From positions 16,353 to 80,352 of the forward strand of contig CALWKR010000027.1 of assembly GCA_944381315.1 (NCBI GenBank): a DNA stretch of 64,000 nucleotides. Reading direction: 5' to 3'. Below the pieces are notes generated by a model. The model was not told the DNA's origin and searched no databases. It saw only the letters and a list, made by a program, of their open reading frames with translations. Shown here one piece after another: positions 1 through 7,864 of the stretch (position 1 is the first letter of the stretch; every line of letters begins with the position of its first letter). The stretch is from an uncultured Christensenellaceae bacterium. GTDB taxonomy: Bacteria; Bacillota; Clostridia; Christensenellales; UBA3700. The position numbers and the translations under genes were made by a program.

Positions 1-1010
1 AGCTGTGTGCTGCTTGTCGGCATTGTGGTGAAGTCGGCAATGTCGCCGTTCGTCGTTTCCCAATGCATGAATTTGTAGTTGGTGCGTGTGGGAGTGGGGA
101 GCGAGATCGTGGTGTTGGCATGCGCGATGACCGCTGTGGAGCCCTCTCCGCCGTTGAGATCGAGATCTATGATGGGAGCCCACTCGGCGGCATAGAGCAC
201 CAAGTTGTCGGTGACTTTGCCGTTGAATATCTGTTCTCCGTTCTGCGTCTTGGACCAAGAGAGAACGGCGTAGCCCTGCTCGTTGCGCGTATTGGGGACC
301 ACTTCAGAGATGGGAGTGCCATATGCAGCATCGACCTCTTCGGGCTGCATGCCGTTGCCGAAGTTGAATGTGACGGTGAATTTTTGAGCGTCAAAGCCTG
401 CGTACAGCGTGATATATTCGGAGCTGAGATCGAAGTTGTCGGAGTTGACGACCGAAACGACGGGGAGCAATCCGTATGCGTCCGCTACTTTGGTCCCGCC
501 TGCGTTCGGCTCGGTGTACCAGCCGCTGAATGTGCTGTGATCGAGCGAGAGATTTTTGGGGAGTTCGGGCAGCTTTTCGCCATAATTCACTGCGAACTCT
601 CTTTCGCCGGTTACGGCAGCGTCGCCGTAATCGAGAACGACGGTATATTGCTTGGGAGCGAATTGAGGGAAGAGCACAATGTTCTTTTTGTCGGTGAACG
701 GCGACAGTGCAGAGCCGTTCGATGCGACATATTGAGTGCCGCCCACTTGCGCGTCAAACAAGCCGAGGAATTCATAGCCGTCGCGTTGGGGTATGACTTC
801 CAGCGCATAGAGGTCGCCGCCCTTTACGGTGATGGTGTGAGTCCCCGAGTCGTCGGTGTATTGGATCGTGTACTCTGACGGCGTGTTGTTCGGCTCATCG
901 ATGTTTTCGTCTTCGTCATCGCCTCCAAAGAGATCGCAGGCGGTCATTGTGAAACAAATTGCGATCGTCAACGCGATCGTGCACAAAAGGATCAAATTTC
1001 GCTTTTTCAT
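1..1010 (-). CDS. Surface lipoprotein with Listeria-Bacteroides (InlB B-type/Flg_new) repeats; 3' end cut by window edge
   Basis: Absent from the ORF track because it runs off the window. Reverse-strand ATG at 1010-1008, with GGAGG (rc of 1017-1021) upstream. Translation starts MKKRNLILLCTIALTIAICFTMTAC (signal peptide plus lipobox Cys). Repeated GYxFxGW...LYA.W units follow (RDGYEFLGLFD, HSTFSGWYTEPN, GYAVLSWSK, TNYKFMHWETT). The 63..878 + ORF is its antisense shadow. Confidence 0.8.
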   Translation of the reverse strand, partial: MKKRNLILLCTIALTIAICFTMTACDLFGGDDEDENIDEPNNTPSEYTIQYTDDSGTHTITVKGGDLYALEVIPQRDGYEFLGLFDAQVGGTQYVASNGSALSPFTDKKNIVLFPQFAPKQYTVVLDYGDAAVTGEREFAVNYGEKLPELPKNLSLDHSTFSGWYTEPNAGGTKVADAYGLLPVVSVVNSDNFDLSSEYITLYAGFDAQKFTVTFNFGNGMQPEEVDAAYGTPISEVVPNTRNEQGYAVLSWSKTQNGEQIFNGKVTDNLVLYAAEWAPIIDLDLNGGEGSTAVIAHANTTISLPTPTRTNYKFMHWETTNGDIADFTTMPTSSTQ

Positions 1011-1557
1011 ATCGTTCCTCCGATTTTGTTTTGTTGTTGTATGCGCTTGCGCGCAGTTGTTGTTTAGGTCGAATCGGAACACAAATATGCCCAAGGAGCC
1101 GCTATGGCTCAAAAGGCGATTCATGTTCCGCTTTTGATGAACAACTCTTTGCCTAAATGTTCATCGAATATGATAATTGGTGCACTTTTTTGATCTTACA
1201 AATTAATTTTTATATTCGGTTGTATTCCATAAGAAAGCGCGCGACAGAGAGCGATCGCTTGGTTTGCGTCAAAAGAGCTTTGCAACAGATAGCAGTACGT
1301 CGGAAGTTTTGGCTTTGGACGCATGAGGGCTTTTGCCGAGGAATTTTGGCTTGGGCTATTAGCAATAGATCGCAAGACATTGCGGAAAATGTTTTGCGTC
1401 AGATAGCCGTTTTGCTTGGACCGAGGCCTTGCGACTGCTCGGGCGGCGGTTTGGCAAATACTTGTCGGCAGACAAACAGGATTTTGCGCAATTTGATCGA
1501 TATTGTCCGTCAAAGCGCAAACCGATGGGCGCGCAGCTTATTTGCGCTCTCCGAATG

Positions 1558-1586
1558 TTGCGCGCGGCGTGAGCGCGTGATATAAT
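1558..1586 (+). promoter_or_regulatory. Sigma-A type promoter of the CDF transporter gene
   Basis: TTGCGC (1558-1563), 17-nt spacer, TATAAT (1581-1586). SD GAGGTGGAG lies just before ATG 1610. Confidence 0.55.
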
Positions 1587-1609
1587 GAATAGACTATCAG
1601 AGGTGGAGC

Positions 1610-2773
1610 ATGGGAAGATTGTTGGTTAAATTGTTTGTCAAAGACAGTGAAAACGTCGAGTCCGAAAAGGTGCGCGGCGCATATGGCATGCTTGCCGGCG
1701 TGGTCGGCATCGTGATCAACGTGCTGTTGGCTGTCGGCAAGATCTGCGTGGGTACGATCTTTGGCGCGCTGTCCGTGACTGCGGACGGATTCAACAATCT
1801 GACAGATTGCGGGAGCAACGTCGTGTCCGTGATCGGCTTCAAGGTCGCCGGCAAGCCTGCCGACAAGGAGCATCCTTACGGACATCAGCGGATGGAGTAC
1901 GTCGCGGCGATGATCGTGTCCTTCATCGTGCTCGTCGTGGCGATCGAGCTGGCTGTGGAGTCGGTGCAGAAATTGATCGAACCGCAGCCGTCGGAATTCT
2001 CCGTCGTCACGATCGTCGTGCTCGCCGTGTCCGTGCTGTGCAAGCTGTGGATGTTCTTGTTCAACCGCTCGCTCGCGAAACGCATCGGCTCTACGGCGCT
2101 CAAAGCCACCGCAACGGACAGCATAAGCGACGCCGCCGCGACCACTGCGGTCATCGTCGCTCTCGTCATATCGCACTTTACGTCCGTCGATCTGGACGGA
2201 GTGATGGGACTTGTCGTCGCGGTGCTGATCGCTGCCGCAGGCGTCGGGATCTTCAAATCTACGCTGAGCCAATTGCTCGGCAAGGCTCCCGATCGCGCCG
2301 TCATAGAGGACATAAAGCAGCGAGTGCTCGGCTTTGACGGAGTGCTGAGATTGCACGATCTCAATGTGCACAGCTATGGCAAAAAGCTCTATGCGTCCGT
2401 GCACGTCGAGGTCGACGAGAGAATGAGCATCGTCCAAGGACACGATCTTGCCGACAGCATAGAGCGCGACTTTGCCGCGCATACCGAAGTCGTTATGGTC
2501 GTGCACGTCGATCCCGTGTCGGTGGACGATCCCGTCGTAGAGAGATATCGCGACATGACGCTCGGCGTCGTGCAGGCGATCGATCCGTCCTATTCGATAC
2601 ACGATTTCAGGATCGTCAACGGCGTCAGCAGAGTCAATCTGATCTTTGACGTCGCGATCCCGTATGAGAGCAAGCTGGACGAACAACAAGTGAAAGAACG
2701 CATCATCAAGGCGTTTGAGTCGATCGACAAGAGATTGTGTCCGATGCCGACGGTCGAAAAACAATTGGGATAG
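1610..2773 (+). CDS. Cation diffusion facilitator (CDF) family metal efflux transporter
   Basis: 387 aa. N-terminal multi-TM region with ...SVTADGFNNLTDC...HPYGHQRMEY... typical of CDF proteins, plus a C-terminal cytoplasmic domain. Good SD. Confidence 0.85.
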   Translation: MGRLLVKLFVKDSENVESEKVRGAYGMLAGVVGIVINVLLAVGKICVGTIFGALSVTADGFNNLTDCGSNVVSVIGFKVAGKPADKEHPYGHQRMEYVAAMIVSFIVLVVAIELAVESVQKLIEPQPSEFSVVTIVVLAVSVLCKLWMFLFNRSLAKRIGSTALKATATDSISDAAATTAVIVALVISHFTSVDLDGVMGLVVAVLIAAAGVGIFKSTLSQLLGKAPDRAVIEDIKQRVLGFDGVLRLHDLNVHSYGKKLYASVHVEVDERMSIVQGHDLADSIERDFAAHTEVVMVVHVDPVSVDDPVVERYRDMTLGVVQAIDPSYSIHDFRIVNGVSRVNLIFDVAIPYESKLDEQQVKERIIKAFESIDKRLCPMPTVEKQLG

Positions 2774-2780
2774 GGGAAAT

Positions 2781-3377
2781 ATGACAGAAAAAGAAAAGGC
2801 AGCCATGGGTATGCTCTATGACGGCAATTATGAGCCGACGATGGCAAAGGAGCGCGCCGACTGCAAAGCGTCGTGCTTTGAGCTCAACTCCACGTCTCCC
2901 GCCATGCGCGAAAAGCGCGCCGAGATCTTCAAGCGCATTGTCGGCAAAAGCGGAGAGAACGTGCTCGTCGAGTCGCCGTTTTGGTGCGACTACGGATACA
3001 ACATTGAGATCGGCGAAAATTTTTATGCTAACCACGGCCTCGTCATTCTCGATCCGGCAAAAGTCAAGTTCGGCGACAACGTGTTCATTGCGCCCAATTG
3101 CGGATTCTATACCGCAGGGCATCCTCTCGTGAAAGACGAGCGCAACCTCGGCTTGGAGTACGCGTTGCCGATCACTGTCGGGAGCGACGTGTGGATAGGC
3201 GGCAACGTCGTCGTGCTGCCCGGAGTGTCGATAGGCGACGGGGCGGTCATAGGCGCCGGCAGCGTAGTGACCAAGGACGTAGGCGCGAATATGCTTGCCT
3301 ACGGCAATCCCTGCCGAGAGATCCGCAAGATCACCGAAGAGGACAGGGGGAAGATCCCTTGTCAAAAGAAGAGATGA
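2781..3377 (+). CDS. Sugar O-acetyltransferase (maltose/galactoside acetyltransferase family, left-handed beta-helix)
   Basis: Start moved to ATG 2781 (MTEKEKAAMGMLYDGNY). Hexapeptide repeats and ...FWCDYGYNIEIGENFYANHGLVILD...GGNVVVLPGVSIGDGAVIGAGSVV... resemble Maa/LacA. Confidence 0.85.
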   Translation: MTEKEKAAMGMLYDGNYEPTMAKERADCKASCFELNSTSPAMREKRAEIFKRIVGKSGENVLVESPFWCDYGYNIEIGENFYANHGLVILDPAKVKFGDNVFIAPNCGFYTAGHPLVKDERNLGLEYALPITVGSDVWIGGNVVVLPGVSIGDGAVIGAGSVVTKDVGANMLAYGNPCREIRKITEEDRGKIPCQKKR

Positions 3378-3454
3378 GGTCGGCGTCTGTATTTCTGTTT
3401 TAATGAATAATAATTGAAATACATTGATAATAATTGGCGAAAGGAGAATGAACG

Positions 3455-4189
3455 GTGACGGAGGAATTTGAAGGAAGAGTTTTCGGGCTGGCGAGCGCGG
3501 ACGGCATAGACTGCAAAGTCTGCGAGCTGCTGTTTGACAGCGGCGCGGCTTTCGTCGGCTTTTCGGACATAAGCTCCGTGCGTGAAAATCAAGGATATCC
3601 GTACTGTATCACCGTGGCGTTCCGTCTTTTTGACGGCATTTTGAGAGGCATCGACGGTGCGCCGACATATCAATATTTTCACCATTACCGCACCGTGAAC
3701 GCCGCGCTCGACAACATGACTTTGCGCGCAGCCGCATACTTGAATTCCAAAGGCTTTGACAGCGTCTGCATTCCCGCAAGTCAATCGTCGGACTCAGATC
3801 CTTTTCGCGGAGCGTTTCCTCACAAGACGGGCGCAAGATCGTGCGGCGCAGGATATATAGGCAAAAACGCGCTGTTTGTCAGCCGCGATCACGGCAGCAA
3901 GGTGCGCTTGGCAAGCATATTGACGGACAAGCACTTCGATCTTTCCGGAGAGCTGTGCGACGAGGATTGCGGGGAGTGCGAGATCTGCAAGAAGGCTTGC
4001 CCTGCCGGCGCGATCTTCGGAGTGAACTATTCCGAAGGGATGCAAGTCGGGGACTTGGTCGACGTCGCCAAGTGCAGCGCGCATATGAAGGCCGCCTACA
4101 AGAACATCGGGCGAGGAGCCGTCTGCGGCATATGTATCGCCGAGTGTCCGAAGAACGGGCTTAGGAAAGGCAAAGGCTCTTCCGTATGA
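3455..4189 (+). CDS. QueG-like 4Fe-4S dicluster protein (short epoxyqueuosine-reductase-like family)
   Basis: GTG start after AAAGGAG. C-terminal CxxCxxCxxxCP (CGECEICKKACP) and CGICIAECP ferredoxin motifs. The N-terminal region resembles the QueG/RdhA-like fold. At 244 aa it is shorter than canonical QueG. Confidence 0.65.
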   Translation: MTEEFEGRVFGLASADGIDCKVCELLFDSGAAFVGFSDISSVRENQGYPYCITVAFRLFDGILRGIDGAPTYQYFHHYRTVNAALDNMTLRAAAYLNSKGFDSVCIPASQSSDSDPFRGAFPHKTGARSCGAGYIGKNALFVSRDHGSKVRLASILTDKHFDLSGELCDEDCGECEICKKACPAGAIFGVNYSEGMQVGDLVDVAKCSAHMKAAYKNIGRGAVCGICIAECPKNGLRKGKGSSV

Positions 4190-4226
4190 CGCGCTAACGG
4201 GAGAATATCGAAGATCTTGCATTTTG

Positions 4227-4255
4227 CGTCCGCGAGTTTGCGGACGTATTTTTTT
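4227..4255 (+). terminator. Rho-independent terminator
   Basis: Stem CGTCCGC (4227-4233) / GCGGACG (4240-4246), followed by a T-run at 4249-4255. Confidence 0.75.
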
Positions 4256-4549
4256 GCCGAGATGTATCTGCGGCGATCGTGAGGCAGCGGCGGCAACAAG
4301 GTCGAGCCGTCGACTATGCGGCTTGCGGCGCAGGAGAGATCGGGTGATTTTCGGATGTTAGAAAATTGATAATAATTGATACTAATGTATAGTAATTGAT
4401 ACTAATTGATTCGCGAACACCACAAGGAAAATTGTGTAAAGAGGGGCGCAAAATTTCGTCAATATTTTGCAAAATCTGTGGTAGATTACTTGTTTTTAAT
4501 CAAAAATAATGTTATCATATAGTTACGGCAAAAGCCGCGGAGGCAAATT

Positions 4550-4975
4550 ATGATAGAAGACGATATTTCCGAATTGATGTTGAGGATAGAGGCTTTGGAG
4601 AGCAGACTCGACAAGTTGGAGACGCTGGTCGAGAAGCGCGTCGCCGAAGCGCCGCCCCAACCGCGTCAGGTCAAGACGAGAGAGAAGCAGCCGGTCTATG
4701 AGATCGGCATCAAGGGCAAATATCGCTTTTTGGCAGACTTTCTGCACGAGCACGGCGGAGACACGATCACGCTTTCGTTCGAGCAGATCGAGAGCCTTGT
4801 CGGAGACAAGCTGCCGCCGTCGGCATACAACTACCGCGCTTATTGGAGCAACACCGACACGCACACGATCTCGCGCGCATGGATGAAGGCAGGCTATATG
4901 ACCACCTACGTCAACCTGCTTGCCAAGAAGGTGACTTTCGAGAAGAGGCGCAGTTACGATTCCGCTTCCAAGTGA
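4550..4975 (+). CDS. Hypothetical protein (N-terminal coiled coil, conserved-looking C-terminal domain)
   Basis: 141 aa. SD GGAGG is 8 nt upstream, and the gene has its own promoter and terminator. The motif GKYRFLADFLHEHGGDTITLSFEQIESLVGDKLPPSAYNYRAYWSN looks like a conserved small domain. I cannot name the family. Confidence 0.6.
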   Translation: MIEDDISELMLRIEALESRLDKLETLVEKRVAEAPPQPRQVKTREKQPVYEIGIKGKYRFLADFLHEHGGDTITLSFEQIESLVGDKLPPSAYNYRAYWSNTDTHTISRAWMKAGYMTTYVNLLAKKVTFEKRRSYDSASK

Positions 4976-4989
4976 GATATAGACATCAA

Positions 4990-5017
4990 GGCTCGGCAGA
5001 TCGCCGAGCCTTTTTTT
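4990..5017 (+). terminator. Rho-independent terminator
   Basis: GGCTCGGC (4990-4997) / GCCGAGCC (5003-5010), followed by T7 at 5011-5017. Confidence 0.85.
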
Positions 5018-5094
5018 GCGTTATGTTTTCAAGACAGCATCGCAAATCACGGCGTGTCTGCCAATGACTCGCCGTTTTTTTGTTTGCAAGACAT

Positions 5095-5505
5095 GCGCAA
5101 AGCAATATTGTCGATAGTATCGTCGCATAGCTTTGTGAGTTGCATGATAAGATCAAAGCAATTGCGGTCGACGGCTGTTGATCTACTATCGTTCGACAGG
5201 CGAAGTCGCAAAGACGCGCACAAGGAACGACGCGCTCAAAGCAAATATTGGCGATAGTGCCGTCGCATGATCGTGCGTCGAATGACGCGGCAAAGCGGTT
5301 GCGATCGAGACTGTCGACGAGCTATCGTCGGATAGGAGCTGTCACAAAGTTGCGCGGAGGAACGACCGGCTCAAAGCCATTGTTGCAGACAGTCGCCGCC
5401 GCATGACGTGCGGCGTACGATACGCCCAAATCGGATATGATCGACAGTTGCTCGTCGCATGTTTGTCGATCGATATGCGCAATGCAAGCAGGTCGAGCAG
5501 AGCGT
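5095..5505. repeat. Three degenerate tandem repeats, period about 135-139 bp, non-coding
   Basis: Units start near 5095, 5232 and 5367. Each opens with GC(G)C(T)CAAAGC and contains CGATAGT..CGTCGCAT. Units 1 and 2 both end in GGAACGAC (ends at 5231 and 5366). Unit 3 is more diverged. The period is not a multiple of 3, and no convincing ORF is present. Confidence 0.7.
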
Positions 5506-5556
5506 AGTGAGTTCCGTCGGATACGACGCCGACTCGATCTAATGCGGCAAAATCGC

Positions 5557-5595
5557 AAAAAAATACAGCGTTCGCGAGCGAACGCTGTGTTTTTG
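5557..5595. terminator. Bidirectional rho-independent terminator (serves glyQS)
   Basis: A-run at 5557-5564, stem ACAGCGTTCG (5565-5574) / CGAACGCTGT (5579-5588), T-run at 5590-5594. Confidence 0.85.
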
Positions 5596-5603
5596 CAATA
5601 TAC

Positions 5604-6992
5604 TCAATATTCCAATGCGTTGGAGAGATAGGCGTCGAGCTCGCCGATCGGGATGCGGATCTGCGACATCGTGTCGCGCTCGCGGACGGTGATCGTGCCG
5701 TTCTCGACCGTCTCGAAGTCGACGGTGACGCAATAGGGCGTGCCGATCTCGTCTTGGCGGCGATAGCGCTTGCCTATGCTGCCCGTCTCGTCGTATGTGG
5801 CGGAGAACTTCGTTGCCAGATCGCGATAGATCTTCTCTGCCTCTTCGCCGAGCGCTTTCTTTTGGAGCGGCAGCACGGCGACTTTGTAAGGAGCGATCGC
5901 GGGGTGCAGATGCATGACCACGCGCGAGTCGCCGTCTTCGAGCTCTTCTTCCTCATAGGCGTTGCACAGCAGTGCGAGCACCATTCTCTCGACGCCGAGC
6001 GAGGGCTCGATGACGTAGGGGACATATCTCTCGTTGGTAGCCGGATCGAGGTAGTCCAAGTTCTTGCCGCTGGTCTTCATATGCGCTTTGAGGTCGTAGT
6101 CGGTGCGGTCCGCGACGCCCCACAGCTCGCCCCAGCCGAACGGGAATTTGAATTCGAAGTCGGTCGTCGCGTTGGAATAGAAGGCAAGCTCTTCGGGATC
6201 GTGGTCGCGGAGCTTGAGGTTTTCCTCTTTTATGCCAAGGCCGAGCAGCCACTCTTTGCAGAAGTTCTTCCAATAGTTGAACCATTCCAAGTCGGTGCCG
6301 GGCTTGCAGAAGAATTCGAGCTCCATCTGTTCGAACTCACGGACGCGGAAGATGAAGTTGCCGGGCGTGATCTCGTTGCGGAAGCTCTTGCCGATCTGTC
6401 CGATGCCGAAGGGCACTTTGAGCCTCGAAGTGCGCTGCACGTTGAGGAAGTTGACGAAGATGCCTTGCGCGGTCTCGGGGCGCAGATAGAGGGTGCTGAC
6501 CGTGTCTTCGGTCACGCCCTGGAAGGTCTTGAACATCAAGTTGAATTGTCTCACGCCGGTGAAGTCGCTCTTGCCGCAGACGGGGCAGGGGATCTTGTGG
6601 TCGGCGATGTACTTTTCCATCTTCGCGTTGTCCCAACCGGCGATGCTCTCTTCGATGCCTTTGCGGCGCATATAGTCTTCGATGAGGTCGTCGGCGCGGT
6701 GACGGGATTTGCAATTCTTGCAATCCATAAGCGGATCGGAGAAGCCTCCGACGTGTCCGCTCGCCACCCATACGTTGGGGTTCATCAAGATCGCGCAGTC
6801 GACGCCCGTGTTGAGAGGATTCTCTTGCACGAATTTCTTCCACCAGGCGCGCTTGACGTTGTTTTTGAGCTCCACGCCCAACGGGCCGTAGTCCCAAGTG
6901 TTGGCGAGACCGCCGTAGATCTCGCTGCCGGGGAAGATGAAACCTCTGCTCTTGCAGAGGGCTACCAATTTGTCCATTGTCAGTTGTGCCAT
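5604..6992 (-). CDS. glyQS: Glycine--tRNA ligase (alpha2 homodimeric type)
   Basis: 462 aa. [45 protein letters not shown]... is an unmistakable GlyQS N-terminus. SD GAAGGAAG upstream. Confidence 0.97.
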   Translation of the reverse strand: MAQLTMDKLVALCKSRGFIFPGSEIYGGLANTWDYGPLGVELKNNVKRAWWKKFVQENPLNTGVDCAILMNPNVWVASGHVGGFSDPLMDCKNCKSRHRADDLIEDYMRRKGIEESIAGWDNAKMEKYIADHKIPCPVCGKSDFTGVRQFNLMFKTFQGVTEDTVSTLYLRPETAQGIFVNFLNVQRTSRLKVPFGIGQIGKSFRNEITPGNFIFRVREFEQMELEFFCKPGTDLEWFNYWKNFCKEWLLGLGIKEENLKLRDHDPEELAFYSNATTDFEFKFPFGWGELWGVADRTDYDLKAHMKTSGKNLDYLDPATNERYVPYVIEPSLGVERMVLALLCNAYEEEELEDGDSRVVMHLHPAIAPYKVAVLPLQKKALGEEAEKIYRDLATKFSATYDETGSIGKRYRRQDEIGTPYCVTVDFETVENGTITVRERDTMSQIRIPIGELDAYLSNALEY

Positions 6993-7162
6993 ATGTACTT
7001 CCTTCGCGCTGTGTGCGCGGCATTGTCAAATCGTATAAATGATTATAAGTTGTTTGGCGGCGATTGTCAATTGATTTGGTCATCAGGAACACTTTGCGCG
7101 CGTTTTGCGTATTGTGAATTAGCAAGGGCGTGAAAACGCCCAATCATACGGGAGGTCTCAAT

Positions 7163-7327
7163 ATGAACAATTTCAACGAATGCGGATTTGGCGGCAACGA
7201 TTGCCTCTGGATCATCTTGCTCATGCTCTGCTGCGGAGGGTGCAAGGGCGGCTGCGGCTGCAACAACATCATCCCCGTGCTCGTCGCTCTGAGCTGCTGC
7301 GGCGGCAGCGATTGCGGCTGCAAATAA
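7163..7327 (+). CDS. Cys/Gly-rich 54-aa micro-protein with two short hydrophobic segments
   Basis: GGAGG at 7151-7155, 7 nt before ATG 7163. Sequence: MNNFNECGFGGNDCLWIILLMLCCGGCKGGCGCNNIIPVLVALSCCGGSDCGCK (11 Cys, 11 Gly). A terminator hairpin follows. Confidence 0.65.
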   Translation: MNNFNECGFGGNDCLWIILLMLCCGGCKGGCGCNNIIPVLVALSCCGGSDCGCK

Positions 7328-7355
7328 TACATACCGCAGGGCGGATCAGCCGATG

Positions 7356-7386
7356 GCGGCAAGGCTCGACGCTTTGCCGCTTTTTC
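7356..7386 (+). terminator. Rho-independent terminator
   Basis: GCGGCAAG (7356-7363) pairs with CTTTGCCGC (7372-7380), followed by T5 at 7381-7385. Confidence 0.65.
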
Positions 7387-7397
7387 GCGCCCGTCAA

Positions 7398-7426
7398 TTG
7401 ACAGGAGCGCCGCGCGGTGGTATCAT
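7398..7426 (+). promoter_or_regulatory. Promoter giving a probable leaderless mRNA
   Basis: TTGACA (7398-7403), 17-nt spacer, TATCAT (7421-7426). Only 6 nt (AGAGCT) separate it from ATG 7433, and there is no SD. Confidence 0.6.
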
Positions 7427-7432
7427 AGAGCT

Positions 7433-7705
7433 ATGAAAAAGTACAACTTCGTCACTTGGTGGCTCGATCTCGATCCCAAACCGCTGCCGTACAAGATCTG
7501 GAAGATGATCATCACTCCGATCATGTTCATCGCCTGGGTCACGTTCGTGGCGGTCTATCCCGATCAATATTGGACCTTTACGCTGTGCGCGGTGCTGCCC
7601 GTGGCGATCGTCGACACGGCGTGGGAAGCGTTCAATTTCCGCAATTATCGCAAAAAGCTCGCGGATAGCGGCGAGGCAGGCAAGGACGACGAAGGAGCGC
7701 GCTGA
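7433..7705 (+). CDS. Small membrane protein, hypothetical
   Basis: 90 aa. Two predicted TM helices (MIITPIMFIAWVTFVAV, FTLCAVLPVAIV) and a charged C-terminal tail. Confidence 0.6.
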   Translation: MKKYNFVTWWLDLDPKPLPYKIWKMIITPIMFIAWVTFVAVYPDQYWTFTLCAVLPVAIVDTAWEAFNFRNYRKKLADSGEAGKDDEGAR

Positions 7706-7748
7706 GCGCTTCTTTTTTTGCGCGCAAAGCCAATGTGTGCTTAATCGG

Positions 7749-7777
7749 TTGAAAGTTGTGCAAAATTTTGATACAAT
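7749..7777 (+). promoter_or_regulatory. Promoter of the ECF-S/coaX operon (extended -10)
   Basis: TTGAAA (7749-7754), 17-nt spacer, TGaTACAAT (7769-7777). It leaves a leader of about 80 nt. Confidence 0.55.
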
Positions 7778-7864
7778 ATTCAAAACGGCGATAGCTATAC
7801 GCGTCGCACGCGCATTATCATTACGACTTGATGGGTATTGCTCCGCAAGCTCAAGCGAGGGAAT

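Noticed and set aside
63-878. 271-aa plus-strand ORF at the window start
   Set aside because: It is antisense to the edge-truncated lipoprotein gene (1-1010, minus strand), which has an SD, a lipobox and repeat motifs.
1440-1609. NiCo (czcD-motif) riboswitch upstream of the CDF transporter
   Set aside because: A good promoter sits only about 23 nt before the start codon. The sequence upstream shows no recognisable four-way-junction motif.
5095-5505. CRISPR array
   Set aside because: The repeats are about 136 bp long, degenerate and contiguous, with no unique spacers. No cas genes are in the window.
5754-7133. 459-aa plus-strand ORF
   Set aside because: It is antisense to glyQS.
6993-7162. 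Possible T-box leader upstream of glyQS (and of asnS at 44626-44663)
   Set aside because: The glyQS upstream region is only about 170 bp and is shared with a divergent gene. The asnS leader is about 35 nt. I could find no T-box sequence (AAnnnGGGUGGUACCGCG-like) in either.
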